Positions 1 to 7,571 of a DNA stretch of 11,009 nt are shown here, in pieces. The stretch spans positions 1 to 11,009 of the forward strand of contig CAXGMD010000090.1 of NCBI GenBank assembly GCA_964010765.1, written 5' to 3'. This DNA is from an uncultured bacterium (lineage in GTDB: Bacteria; SAR324; NAC60-12). Each line of letters begins with the position of its first letter. Position 1 is the first letter of the stretch. The notes beneath the pieces were generated by a model. It saw only the letters and a list, made by a program, of their open reading frames with translations, was not told the origin of the DNA and did no database searches. Position numbers and translations under genes: made by a program.

Positions 1-163
1 CTGAGAGTCGTTGCATCTTCTGACCAAAGACGGAGCTGACGGGTTGCTTCCGGCAACTACTCTGCCTGTTGACCCTGTTACTTTGTTTCAAAAATTTAAC
101 AACAGGTGTCAAATATTATATTTGAATCGCTGACAATATTGCTAGATTTAAATCTTTTCGTCA

Positions 164-1156
164 TCACACCAACATATTTTCCAACTCTTGGAGTGCATCT
201 GCTGGTTGAATGCTGATCAAGCAGTTTGTGTGACTAAATTGGCAGGTTCGGTCGAAGCAGGGAGAGCAGGGCTCAGCTCGGTACAGGAAGCGAGCATGTG
301 GATTGAGAGGACGAGTCCAGGTGGGGGAGGTGGAACCAAAAATCGCTAGTTGAGGACGCTGTAACGCTGCCATGATGTGCATGCTACCAGAATCATTGCT
401 CAGCAATAATTTTGCTCTGGAGAGCAATGCCACGAGCTGCGGTAAGTTAGAACGACCACACCAGTTCTCAACACCAGACAGCCCGTGGGCGATTTTCTCG
501 CCGCTGGCATGATCCGCTGGAGTACCCAGAATCAGGATGGATTCATTCCACTTCTGAGCTAGCTGGGCGGCTACCTCATGGTAATACACTTCTGGCCACT
601 GCTTGGCTGGGCCATAGATCGCTCCAGGCGCCAACGCGATAAAACGTTTGGGCAAGGCTGGTAGACCTCGCAACTGTTCGCTGACCCACTCTTCGCTCAA
701 CTCAAGCTGAGGAAAAACCAACGGGATCTTGGAATCCTGCGGACTGAGAAGATGAAGGTACTCTTCAACAAGATGTCGTGTGCGCGGTTGCCAAGCAGGT
801 CGTATGGCCGGACGCAAGAGCCAGCGCCTGCCATCACCAGAGTAACCAATCCGTTCTGGAATGCGGCTGCGCCAAGCCATCCATGCAGAAGAAAAGCTGG
901 GTGGTAACACATAGATCCGTTGGTAATCTCGGCTGGCAAGCTCAGCACCAAAATCTCCTGCCTTGGTTAATTCTCGGTCAAAAGGTAAGAGAGTTCCCCG
1001 ATGAGGCAGCGGTAACCCTTCAAAGCCTTTGCGGACGATCAGGTCCACCGTTGCTTCGGGAAAACGTTCTAACACCGCCCGACAAAAAGCTGTCGCCATC
1101 ATCAGATCGCCCAACCAGTTCGGCATACGAATCAGAATCTTTGTTGGATCAGTCAT
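164..1156 (-). CDS. waaF: Lipopolysaccharide heptosyltransferase II (glycosyltransferase family 9)
   Basis: 330 aa. N-terminal KILIRMPNWLGDLMM, plus ALAPGAIYGPAKQWP and LLSNDSGSMHIMAAL...IFGST motifs typical of WaaF/RfaF; C-terminal PCSPCFDRTC...C motif. Confidence 0.9.
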   Translation of the reverse strand: MTDPTKILIRMPNWLGDLMMATAFCRAVLERFPEATVDLIVRKGFEGLPLPHRGTLLPFDRELTKAGDFGAELASRDYQRIYVLPPSFSSAWMAWRSRIPERIGYSGDGRRWLLRPAIRPAWQPRTRHLVEEYLHLLSPQDSKIPLVFPQLELSEEWVSEQLRGLPALPKRFIALAPGAIYGPAKQWPEVYYHEVAAQLAQKWNESILILGTPADHASGEKIAHGLSGVENWCGRSNLPQLVALLSRAKLLLSNDSGSMHIMAALQRPQLAIFGSTSPTWTRPLNPHARFLYRAEPCSPCFDRTCQFSHTNCLISIQPADALQELENMLV

Positions 1157-1233
1157 GAGATTGGATTTAGACTGGCAAGATTAAGCTTATTTGTATATTT
1201 TAATGTTTTATTAAAATTCGTTTCGAGGAAAAT

Positions 1234-1413
1234 ATGGACTTTCTTGGGTTGCTTGGTTTTGTCATCTTCTGGGTTGTATTGCAACGTTGGATTCTGCCGA
1301 AATTTGGGGTGCCCACCTGAATGAACCCCAACGTTTGCCGCGTGCCGGCAAAGAAAGAGAGGAATTTGTCAGAAGAAGAGCAGATCGTCAACAAGGTAGA
1401 GGGACCTGTCTAA
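1234..1413 (+). CDS. Candidate small membrane-anchored selenoprotein, 59 aa (TGA 1318-1320 read as Sec29); 28-aa membrane peptide if TGA is a stop
   Basis: GAGGA at 1225-1229, ATG at 1234. Manual translation: MDFLGLLGFVIFWVVLQRWILPKFGVPT-(TGA)-MNPNVCRVPAKKERNLSEEEQIVNKVEGPV-TAA(1411-1413). Hydrophobic helix at about residues 3-21; hairpin just downstream of the TGA. The read-through ORF fills the gap and ends 10 bp before the convergent purB stop. Confidence 0.7.
1334..1352 (+). promoter_or_regulatory. Putative bacterial SECIS element
   Basis: Perfect 7-bp stem TTTGCCG (1334-1340) / CGGCAAA (1346-1352) with 5-nt loop CGTGC. 20 nt separate the UGA from the loop, which has G at position 2 followed by U. 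This fits the general bacterial SECIS model. Confidence 0.65.
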
Positions 1414-1423
1414 GCGATCCACC

Positions 1424-2848
1424 TTAGAGAAGTGGTTCAGGCTTGATTGCTTGGGCGTTTGGGTGTTCGAAGACCAAGCGAGCCACTCTTTTCAGGAAGG
1501 CGTTCACCTGCTCTGGAGCCGAACCGACCAAACGCTCAGAGTCTGTAAGCAACAACTGGAGCTCTGGCAGGTCCAAAGGCAGTGTGGGATCTTCTGCCAA
1601 GCGCTGCAGCAGGTTGTTTTCCGAGCGAATTTCGCTGCGGAGCTCTTCCGCTACTTGTAGTGCGTGCTGCTTGATGCAGTCATGCAACTGCTCTCGACCT
1701 CCTCCCTTGCGCACGGCTGCCATCAAAATTGTTGTGGTTGCCAGGAAGGGGAGCTGCTGATCTACCTCACGGCGAATCAGATCTTCATAAAATCCCATCT
1801 CCTGTAAAATGGTCAGCATGGTCTCCAACTGACCATCAAAGGCCCAGAAGGCTCCGGGTAGAGCCACACGCCGAACAACTGAGCAGGCAACGTCGCCCTC
1901 ATTCCACTGGTCCCCACTGAGGCCCATCAGCATGTTCACGTACCCATTAAGCACCTGGTGCAAGCCATTAATACGCTCGGCATTGCGGGCGTTGACCTTG
2001 TGGGGCATTGCCGAAGAGCCAACCTGGCCAGACTGGAAGCCCTCTGTGAACAATCCCTGCCCTGCCATCAGTCGGAGTGTCTTGGCCAAGCTACTGATGC
2101 CAGAACTCAACCCGAACAAACAATGCACCACTTCTGTATCGAGACTGCGCGGATAGACCTGACCTACCGCCTGAAGCTGTGCTGGTCCGTCCAAGTGCTG
2201 GCAAACTGCTGCTTCTAGTTCACGAACCTTTTTTGGATCCTGTAAGAGGATATGCTGATCTAGCTGGGTTCCGACTGCACCTTGCAAACCACGCAAAGGA
2301 TAACCAGCACGCAAGCTTTGTAAGCGCTGGAGAGCCTGTAGCATCTCTTCCCCGAACATGGCGAGACGCTTCCCAAGAGTAGTTGGTTGGGCGGGAACAT
2401 TGTGTGTACGGGCCACCAGCAGCCAATCTCGGGTGCGCTCAGCCCAGCGGGCCAACTGATAGAGGACTGCGATGTACTTGTCTTCAAGGAGGGCTAGTGA
2501 GCGGAGAATCTGTAGCTGCTCAACGTTATCTGTCAGATCTCGGCTGGTCAGACCCTTGTGAATCTGCTGCTCTCCAGCCAAGTCACAAAATTCTTCGATA
2601 CGGGCCTTGACGTCATGCCGTAACACACGTTCACGTTCTGCGATTCGCTCTAGGTCAATCTGATCTTTGACTTGCTCATAAGCCTCAATCGCAGCGTCTG
2701 AAATTTCGACACCGACAGCCTGCTGTGCTTTCATCACAGCAATCCAGAACTCACGTTCCAGACGAATCTTTCCTGTTGCTGACCACAGTTCACACATTGC
2801 AGTGCTTGCGTAACGCTGAGCCAGAACGTCAGGAATCTGAGGTTTCAT
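1424..2848 (-). CDS. purB: Adenylosuccinate lyase
   Basis: 474 aa. Fumarase/ASL signature GSSAMPHKVN, RHDV (catalytic His region), IHKGLTSRD, RTHNVPAQPTTLGKR; N-terminal LAQRYAS. Confidence 0.95.
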   Translation of the reverse strand: MKPQIPDVLAQRYASTAMCELWSATGKIRLEREFWIAVMKAQQAVGVEISDAAIEAYEQVKDQIDLERIAERERVLRHDVKARIEEFCDLAGEQQIHKGLTSRDLTDNVEQLQILRSLALLEDKYIAVLYQLARWAERTRDWLLVARTHNVPAQPTTLGKRLAMFGEEMLQALQRLQSLRAGYPLRGLQGAVGTQLDQHILLQDPKKVRELEAAVCQHLDGPAQLQAVGQVYPRSLDTEVVHCLFGLSSGISSLAKTLRLMAGQGLFTEGFQSGQVGSSAMPHKVNARNAERINGLHQVLNGYVNMLMGLSGDQWNEGDVACSVVRRVALPGAFWAFDGQLETMLTILQEMGFYEDLIRREVDQQLPFLATTTILMAAVRKGGGREQLHDCIKQHALQVAEELRSEIRSENNLLQRLAEDPTLPLDLPELQLLLTDSERLVGSAPEQVNAFLKRVARLVFEHPNAQAIKPEPLL

Positions 2849-2862
2849 CAGGGAGGGTTTAC

Positions 2863-3834
2863 TTAGAGACCAACGCTATTGCGCACTCGTTTGCGAACTT
2901 CCAAAGCCACTCGTCGAGCTTTATCACGACCTTTTTCCAAAATTCCTTCCAGAGTCTCAGGCTGCTCGCGTAACTGAAAGTAAGCTTCCCGAGCTTCTCC
3001 CAATTCTCGCTCTACTGCCTCAAACAATTGCTGTTTCGCTTCACCGTAGCCCATTCCACCCGCTCGGTAGCGCTCTGCCAAAGTGGCTTGTTCTTCTACC
3101 GTGGCGAAGTGTCGATAGAGTTGGAAGATGTTGCACTGGTCAGGATCTTTAGAATCTTCCACTCCAAGAGAGTCGGTCTGAATCCGCATGATTGATTTAC
3201 GAACCTGCTTGGCAGGAGCAAACAAGGGAATCACATTGTTGTAGGACTTGCTCATCTTCTGACCATCCAGTCCTGGAATCGTTGCCACCTCTTCCCCAAT
3301 CAGTGGCTCAGGCACCACCAGCACATCCTCTCCGTAGAGATGGTTGAAGCGCAGGGCGATATCACGAGTCATTTCCAGATGTTGTTTCTGGTCCTTGCCA
3401 ACAGGCACAAAGTTCGAGTCGTAGAGTAGAATGTCTGCAGCCTGGAGGACTGGATAACAGAAGAGACCAAGATTGACTTCCTGCTGCTTAGACTCCGCGT
3501 CTTTGAAAGCGTGTGCTCGTTCCAGCAAGCCCTTGGCCGTGATACAGGAGAGGATCCAACTAAACTCGGTGACTTCTGGAATGTCGGACTGGCGGAAAAA
3601 GGTGTGCTGGTCGAAGTCCATACCCAAGGCAGCGAACACCGCCACCAGGTCATAAGTATGCCCCTTCAGCTGGGCGGGTTCCCGAACTGTGGTCAGAGCG
3701 TGGTAGTCAGCAATGAAGTAGAAGGTGTCGTGCGTTTGCTGCAATTGCAGTGCGGGTCTCAGGGCACCAAGGTAGTTGCCCAGATGGGGAGTGCCCGAAG
3801 GCTTAATGCCTGTCAGGGCACGCAAACGGCTCAT
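2863..3834 (-). CDS. trpS: Tryptophan--tRNA ligase
   Basis: [17 protein letters not shown] (HIGH-like), [24 protein letters not shown] and KMSKS motifs. Start reassigned to ATG at 3834 (MSRLRALTG), which overlaps the rpmA stop (ATGA). Confidence 0.96.
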   Translation of the reverse strand: MSRLRALTGIKPSGTPHLGNYLGALRPALQLQQTHDTFYFIADYHALTTVREPAQLKGHTYDLVAVFAALGMDFDQHTFFRQSDIPEVTEFSWILSCITAKGLLERAHAFKDAESKQQEVNLGLFCYPVLQAADILLYDSNFVPVGKDQKQHLEMTRDIALRFNHLYGEDVLVVPEPLIGEEVATIPGLDGQKMSKSYNNVIPLFAPAKQVRKSIMRIQTDSLGVEDSKDPDQCNIFQLYRHFATVEEQATLAERYRAGGMGYGEAKQQLFEAVERELGEAREAYFQLREQPETLEGILEKGRDKARRVALEVRKRVRNSVGL

Positions 3835-4118
3835 GCTTCCGTAGCAGCCAGGGAAGCTTCTGCTGCCGCAGGGAGAACATTGATGAAACAACGGTCATTG
3901 CGCTTACGAGTGAAGCTGACCACACCATCACTGAGAGCAAAAAGCGTGTAGTCCTTGCCAACACCCACGTTTTGACCTGCATGGAAGGTAGTTCCTACTT
4001 GGCGTACTAGGATATTCCCTGCCTTAACGATCTGTCCACCAAAGCGCTTAACGCCGCGGCGTTTGCCGATTGAATCACGTCCGTTGCGGCTACTGCCGCC
4101 AGCCTTTTTGTGTGCCAT
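3831..4118 (-). CDS. rpmA: 50S ribosomal protein L27
   Basis: [29 protein letters not shown]...GNILVRQ...[12 protein letters not shown]; directly downstream of rplU. Confidence 0.98.
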   Translation of the reverse strand: MAHKKAGGSSRNGRDSIGKRRGVKRFGGQIVKAGNILVRQVGTTFHAGQNVGVGKDYTLFALSDGVVSFTRKRNDRCFINVLPAAAEASLAATEA

Positions 4119-4151
4119 GATACTTCCTAGAGGAAAGTTCAGAGATGAAGA

Positions 4152-4466
4152 TCAGGCGCTGATCTCAGAGATGCGCACCAGTGTGTATTGCTGTCGATGG
4201 CCCTGCTTGCGACGATAGCCTTTGCGGCGCTTGCGTTTGAACACGATGACCTTGCGATCTTTCATGTGCTCAACCACCTCGCCCTGCACCTTGGCACCAG
4301 AAACCACAGGCGTTCCCACACGAACCTCGCCATCATCTGTTTGGAGCAGCAACACCTGATCTGTCTCAAAGGTTGCGCCCTGCTCACTCTGCATGCGGTC
4401 CAGCCGTACTACCTCACCAGGCGTGACACGATGCTGACGGCCTCCGGCCTGAATGATTGCGTACAT
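4152..4466 (-). CDS. rplU: 50S ribosomal protein L21
   Basis: MYAIIQAGGRQHRV...KVIVFKRKRRKGYRRKQGHRQQYT; AGGAG RBS at 4477-4473 on the minus strand. Confidence 0.98.
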   Translation of the reverse strand: MYAIIQAGGRQHRVTPGEVVRLDRMQSEQGATFETDQVLLLQTDDGEVRVGTPVVSGAKVQGEVVEHMKDRKVIVFKRKRRKGYRRKQGHRQQYTLVRISEISA

Positions 4467-4510
4467 CAGACACTCCTAAAAATTGGAGATTGAAAGTTTC
4501 AAAACTTTAT

Positions 4511-4539
4511 AATTTAGAAAAAATCTATTTGGAATACAA
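4511..4539 (-). promoter_or_regulatory. Putative sigma70 promoter for rplU-rpmA-trpS-purB
   Basis: Minus strand TTGTAT (4539-4534), 17-bp spacer, TAAATT (4516-4511), in an AT-rich gap upstream of the rplU RBS. Confidence 0.55.
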
Positions 4540-4552
4540 GCTTTTTCTAGGC

Positions 4553-6070
4553 TCAGTTTTCTGCGATTCTCACGAAGACATCTCGCCCATCCCGCTGGTA
4601 ACTAATGATCTGGGCGGAAGCCTTGCTGAACAGTTCTCCAGCCTCGAAGAACACAACCTGAAAAGGCAGTTCTTCACCTTCCCGCAGGTTACGGTTGATC
4701 TCATTGCGTCCGTAGCGTTCCTTGTACTGCTCTCGAATGCGGCTCACACTCCACTCACTTAGTTCCTGATGAGACAGCACTACGCCGGCATATACTACTT
4801 GGCTTTCCAGAATTTTCTGGTCGTCATCAAAGGCCAAACCCTTGAGCCGGATCGAGCTGATATTGGAGAAATCTGAAAAATTTGAACGTACCGTTCCAGT
4901 CATCACATGAATCGCTTGACGACTGAAATTGTTACGAAATTTTTCAACCCGAAGATTACCAACAAACTCAAACTGGTGTAGTTGCACACCAACCAAACGA
5001 CTGAGCAAGGGAGAATCAACCATGTGCAGGTAGCCACCTGTCCAGAGGATCAACAAAAGACCCAAGCTTGCCAGTGTACTTACCAAAGTTAGTCGCCCCC
5101 AAGGGATGCCAGCTTCTGCTGTGGATTTCTCAAAAACCTGGCTGACCGTAGGAACTTCCTCTTTTGCCTTCGCTTGCTCTGGTGCTGGCCCAGGAGCTGG
5201 CAATTGCTTCAGTGGTGGCTTGGACGGTATCTCTGGTTTCGGTGGTATTGGTTTCTTCGGTTTCGACTCCGGCTTTGAAGCAGATTTGACTTCTGGCTTT
5301 GTTTCAGGGTTTGCTTCCGCTTTTGGAACAGGTTCAACTGCTGGCTTGGTAGGTGGCTTTGATGCTGCTGTTGTTTCGGGCTGAGTCGTAGGTTTTATTT
5401 TTGGAGGCGGTTTCGGTGCTGGGATTTCTGGAACTGCCCCATTGTCCTCAAACAAGGGTGTGCTGCTCTGCTCGTTTGGCTCTGATTTCTCAGGAAATGA
5501 TTCGTGAATTGCCCTTTCAAAGAGACTTTGGGCTTCTTCTGTTTCTTCCGTAGGAGGTGAATCGTGCAAAAGAGCTTCGGTGTCTTCTTTCTTCGGAGGA
5601 GCCTGCTCCAGCAGCGAGGGACTTTCCGAAACGGCAGGCTTGGGAGGTGGAATAAACTCTGCCCCTTGTGTTTTACGACCCGGTGGCAGTGGCACTCCCA
5701 GCAAACCACGCAATTCTTGAAGATCTGCTGGATTAGCCGGCTCTGAGTCAGAAATTCCAGCCAGTTCATCAGGGATCTGCAGCTTTTCCTGAGCAGGCGT
5801 GGGTGGTGAGGATGGCAGAACAGGTTCCACAGGTGGTGGCGCTGGCCGAGTCTCACTTTTTGTCAGAGTGGTTGAGCGTCGATAGGCAGCTTCCCCTTCT
5901 GGACTAGGTCTCAACTCAGGTGTATTGGCTTTGGTCTCACGATTAACAGAAGGTGGACCAGGTAGAGGAATCAGACAATTGCAATGAACACATTGCGATC
6001 TATGAGTATCCGGTAGAGCTTCGATAGCAAATTCGTAACGTCGATGACATTCCGGACATTGGATCAGCAT
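4553..6070 (-). CDS. Zinc-ribbon (MJ0042-type) protein with long Pro-rich linker, single TM helix and DUF3426-like C-terminal domain
   Basis: MLIQCPECHRRY...QCVHC (two CxxC). About 290 residues of P/E/K/S-rich low complexity, then TM LTLVSTLASLGLLLILWTGGYL. C-terminal domain with HVMTGTVRSN...IRLKGLAFD...LPFQVVF. ATG at 6070 preferred over GTG at 6082. Confidence 0.75.
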   Translation of the reverse strand: MLIQCPECHRRYEFAIEALPDTHRSQCVHCNCLIPLPGPPSVNRETKANTPELRPSPEGEAAYRRSTTLTKSETRPAPPPVEPVLPSSPPTPAQEKLQIPDELAGISDSEPANPADLQELRGLLGVPLPPGRKTQGAEFIPPPKPAVSESPSLLEQAPPKKEDTEALLHDSPPTEETEEAQSLFERAIHESFPEKSEPNEQSSTPLFEDNGAVPEIPAPKPPPKIKPTTQPETTAASKPPTKPAVEPVPKAEANPETKPEVKSASKPESKPKKPIPPKPEIPSKPPLKQLPAPGPAPEQAKAKEEVPTVSQVFEKSTAEAGIPWGRLTLVSTLASLGLLLILWTGGYLHMVDSPLLSRLVGVQLHQFEFVGNLRVEKFRNNFSRQAIHVMTGTVRSNFSDFSNISSIRLKGLAFDDDQKILESQVVYAGVVLSHQELSEWSVSRIREQYKERYGRNEINRNLREGEELPFQVVFFEAGELFSKASAQIISYQRDGRDVFVRIAEN

Positions 6071-6159
6071 GGCGGGCAGCACGAATTGGATACGGGAAGG
6101 GAGTCGGCTTTTCGAAGGGGATCAAGCTATCGGAGGTCCCTCAGAGATGCCAGTTTTTT

Positions 6160-6834
6160 TTAGCTGAATTCAGCATGCTGCTTTCGCAACCACGTTGCCA
6201 ATTCTATTGGAGAATCAACCACCAAGCGCGCTCCATGCTCCTGAAGTTCTTCAACTTTCCGAAAACCCCAACTAACTCCAATCGGGCAACTGCCCGCATT
6301 CGTAGCGGTCTCTATATCGACACTGGTATCTCCAACCAAGCAGAGTGCCCCGACTGGCAAGCTAAGTTCTTGAGCAATCAGTTGCATCCCAGTTGGATCT
6401 GGCTTTCGGGGAATACCAGCTTGTTGCCCTCGGACAACTCGGAAAGGCCAAGCTCCAAGGAAATGCTGCACGCATTGTTGTGTAAAGGCATCTGGCTTAT
6501 TTGAAAGAACCGCCAAGGGCCAAGCGGCTTGAGTCAATTCATCCAGCAAGTCCGCGATTCCAGCATAGAGGCAAGTCTGCCGCTTCCAACCAAGGGCATA
6601 CTCTTCTTCAAAGGCTTCCAGTAGCCGATCACGCCATTCATCGGAGGCACATGTTTGGGGCAGTATCTGCTCCATCAAGCGGCTAGCGCCTTCCCCCACA
6701 AAATAGCGATAACGCTCCAGAGGGTGTGTTGGTAGGTCAAATCGTAGCAATGCAGCATTTGCTGCATTGCCAATATCTGCCAATGTGTCGAGCAGAGTGC
6801 CATCGAGATCAAAACAAATTGCTTGAATGCGCAT
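6160..6834 (-). CDS. HAD-superfamily hydrolase, phosphoglycolate phosphatase-like
   Basis: Motif I FDLDGTLLDT, motif II VLSNK, motifs III/IV KPDP...VGDTSVDIETA...GVSWGFR. Start probably ATG 6834 (alternatively 6846), not 6939. Confidence 0.88.
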   Translation of the reverse strand: MRIQAICFDLDGTLLDTLADIGNAANAALLRFDLPTHPLERYRYFVGEGASRLMEQILPQTCASDEWRDRLLEAFEEEYALGWKRQTCLYAGIADLLDELTQAAWPLAVLSNKPDAFTQQCVQHFLGAWPFRVVRGQQAGIPRKPDPTGMQLIAQELSLPVGALCLVGDTSVDIETATNAGSCPIGVSWGFRKVEELQEHGARLVVDSPIELATWLRKQHAEFS

Positions 6835-6922
6835 TGAGTCCTTCATCAGATTTTTACAAAAAATAAACTTGGTTTCACTGCTAGTGGTAACGAAGATTAA
6901 CTCACTACTACTGAAAAGACGC

Positions 6923-6952
6923 TTGACCGTCAACCTCATCTTATGTTAACAA
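6923..6952 (+). promoter_or_regulatory. Possible sigma70 promoter for the atp operon
   Basis: TTGACC (6923-6928), 18-bp spacer ending in TG-n, then TAACAA (6947-6952); lies in the divergent intergenic region. The -10 match is weak. Confidence 0.35.
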
Positions 6953-7037
6953 ATTTGCTTCTCTTCAATCTGCTTCCTGAAAGAAAGCTCCGACAAATCG
7001 AAACTGCTCACATCTCACAAGACTGAAGGCAAAGGGA

Positions 7038-7517
7038 ATGGATTACAAACAAGCGATCATTGAAAACGCCTGGGGTGGCGTGGCGGTAGACTATGGTCTG
7101 CTGCATTTCCAATTAGCAACTCCAATCGTAACACTAGTGATCATCTTCATTGTTTACAAATCCCTAAATTCTTTCCTATTCCAACCTGTTTTGCGTACCA
7201 TTGATCAGCGTGAAAAATTCATTCAGGATCGGCGAGACCGAGTAGCTGTTCTGGCTAAAGAGATTGAGACCCTTGGAGAACAGCTTGATCAGAAACTCCA
7301 TGTTGCCCGCGCAGAAGTAGCACATGTGATGAATGAAGCTTACGAACAAAGTCACAAGCACCGCGAAGAGACTATTCTGAAGCAACGAGATCTGCTGGAG
7401 AAAGAGGCCCGCAGTGCTCATGAACGCCTGATTGCCGAGACGGACCAGGCACGAGCAACTCTGCAACAATTGACGGAAGAATTGTCAGAACGGACTGTGG
7501 ACCGCCTGCTCAACTAA
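7038..7517 (+). CDS. atpF2: F0F1 ATP synthase subunit b'
   Basis: 159 aa. TM segment followed by LNSFLFQPVLRTIDQREKFI and a long coiled coil; first of two tandem b-type genes before atpH. Confidence 0.85.
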   Translation: MDYKQAIIENAWGGVAVDYGLLHFQLATPIVTLVIIFIVYKSLNSFLFQPVLRTIDQREKFIQDRRDRVAVLAKEIETLGEQLDQKLHVARAEVAHVMNEAYEQSHKHREETILKQRDLLEKEARSAHERLIAETDQARATLQQLTEELSERTVDRLLN

Positions 7518-7571
7518 CTTCCCTCCTTGCCGCTCCCCTTTATGGGATTCATGATGAGAAAGGACCGTATA

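Noticed and set aside
1..75. Possible riboswitch/ncRNA (hairpin GTTGC-TTCCG-GCAAC at 43-57; CTGAGA; minus-strand GAAG...ACTCTCAG)
   Set aside because: Only fragmentary resemblance to TPP, glycine, SAM or SRP motifs. Other required conserved elements are absent and the region is cut by the window edge; an Infernal/Rfam scan with flanking sequence is needed.
161..166. TGA stop of waaF as another read-through candidate
   Set aside because: Tandem TGA-TGA at the normal family C-terminus and no SECIS-like hairpin downstream.
1172..1187. Sigma54-like TGGCA...GC site
   Set aside because: GG-to-GC spacing is 9 nt instead of the required 10, and TTGC is absent.
1200..1394. 64-aa minus-strand ORF in the waaF-purB gap
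   Set aside because: Non-ATG start, no clear RBS, no recognisable motif. It is antisense to the better supported + strand ORF 1234-1413 and runs into the AT-rich promoter region.
3835..3891. N-terminal extension of TrpS given in the ORF track
   Set aside because: Lies inside rpmA; ATG 3834 with ATGA coupling matches the normal TrpS N-terminus.
5200..5420. Repetitive GGTTT/GGCTT pattern resembling tandem repeats
   Set aside because: Reflects Lys-Pro-Glu codons in a low-complexity linker; no regular repeat-spacer structure, so not a CRISPR or VNTR.
6847..6939. N-terminal extension of the HAD hydrolase
   Set aside because: HAD motif I normally lies within a few residues of the start, and the extension covers the divergent promoter region.
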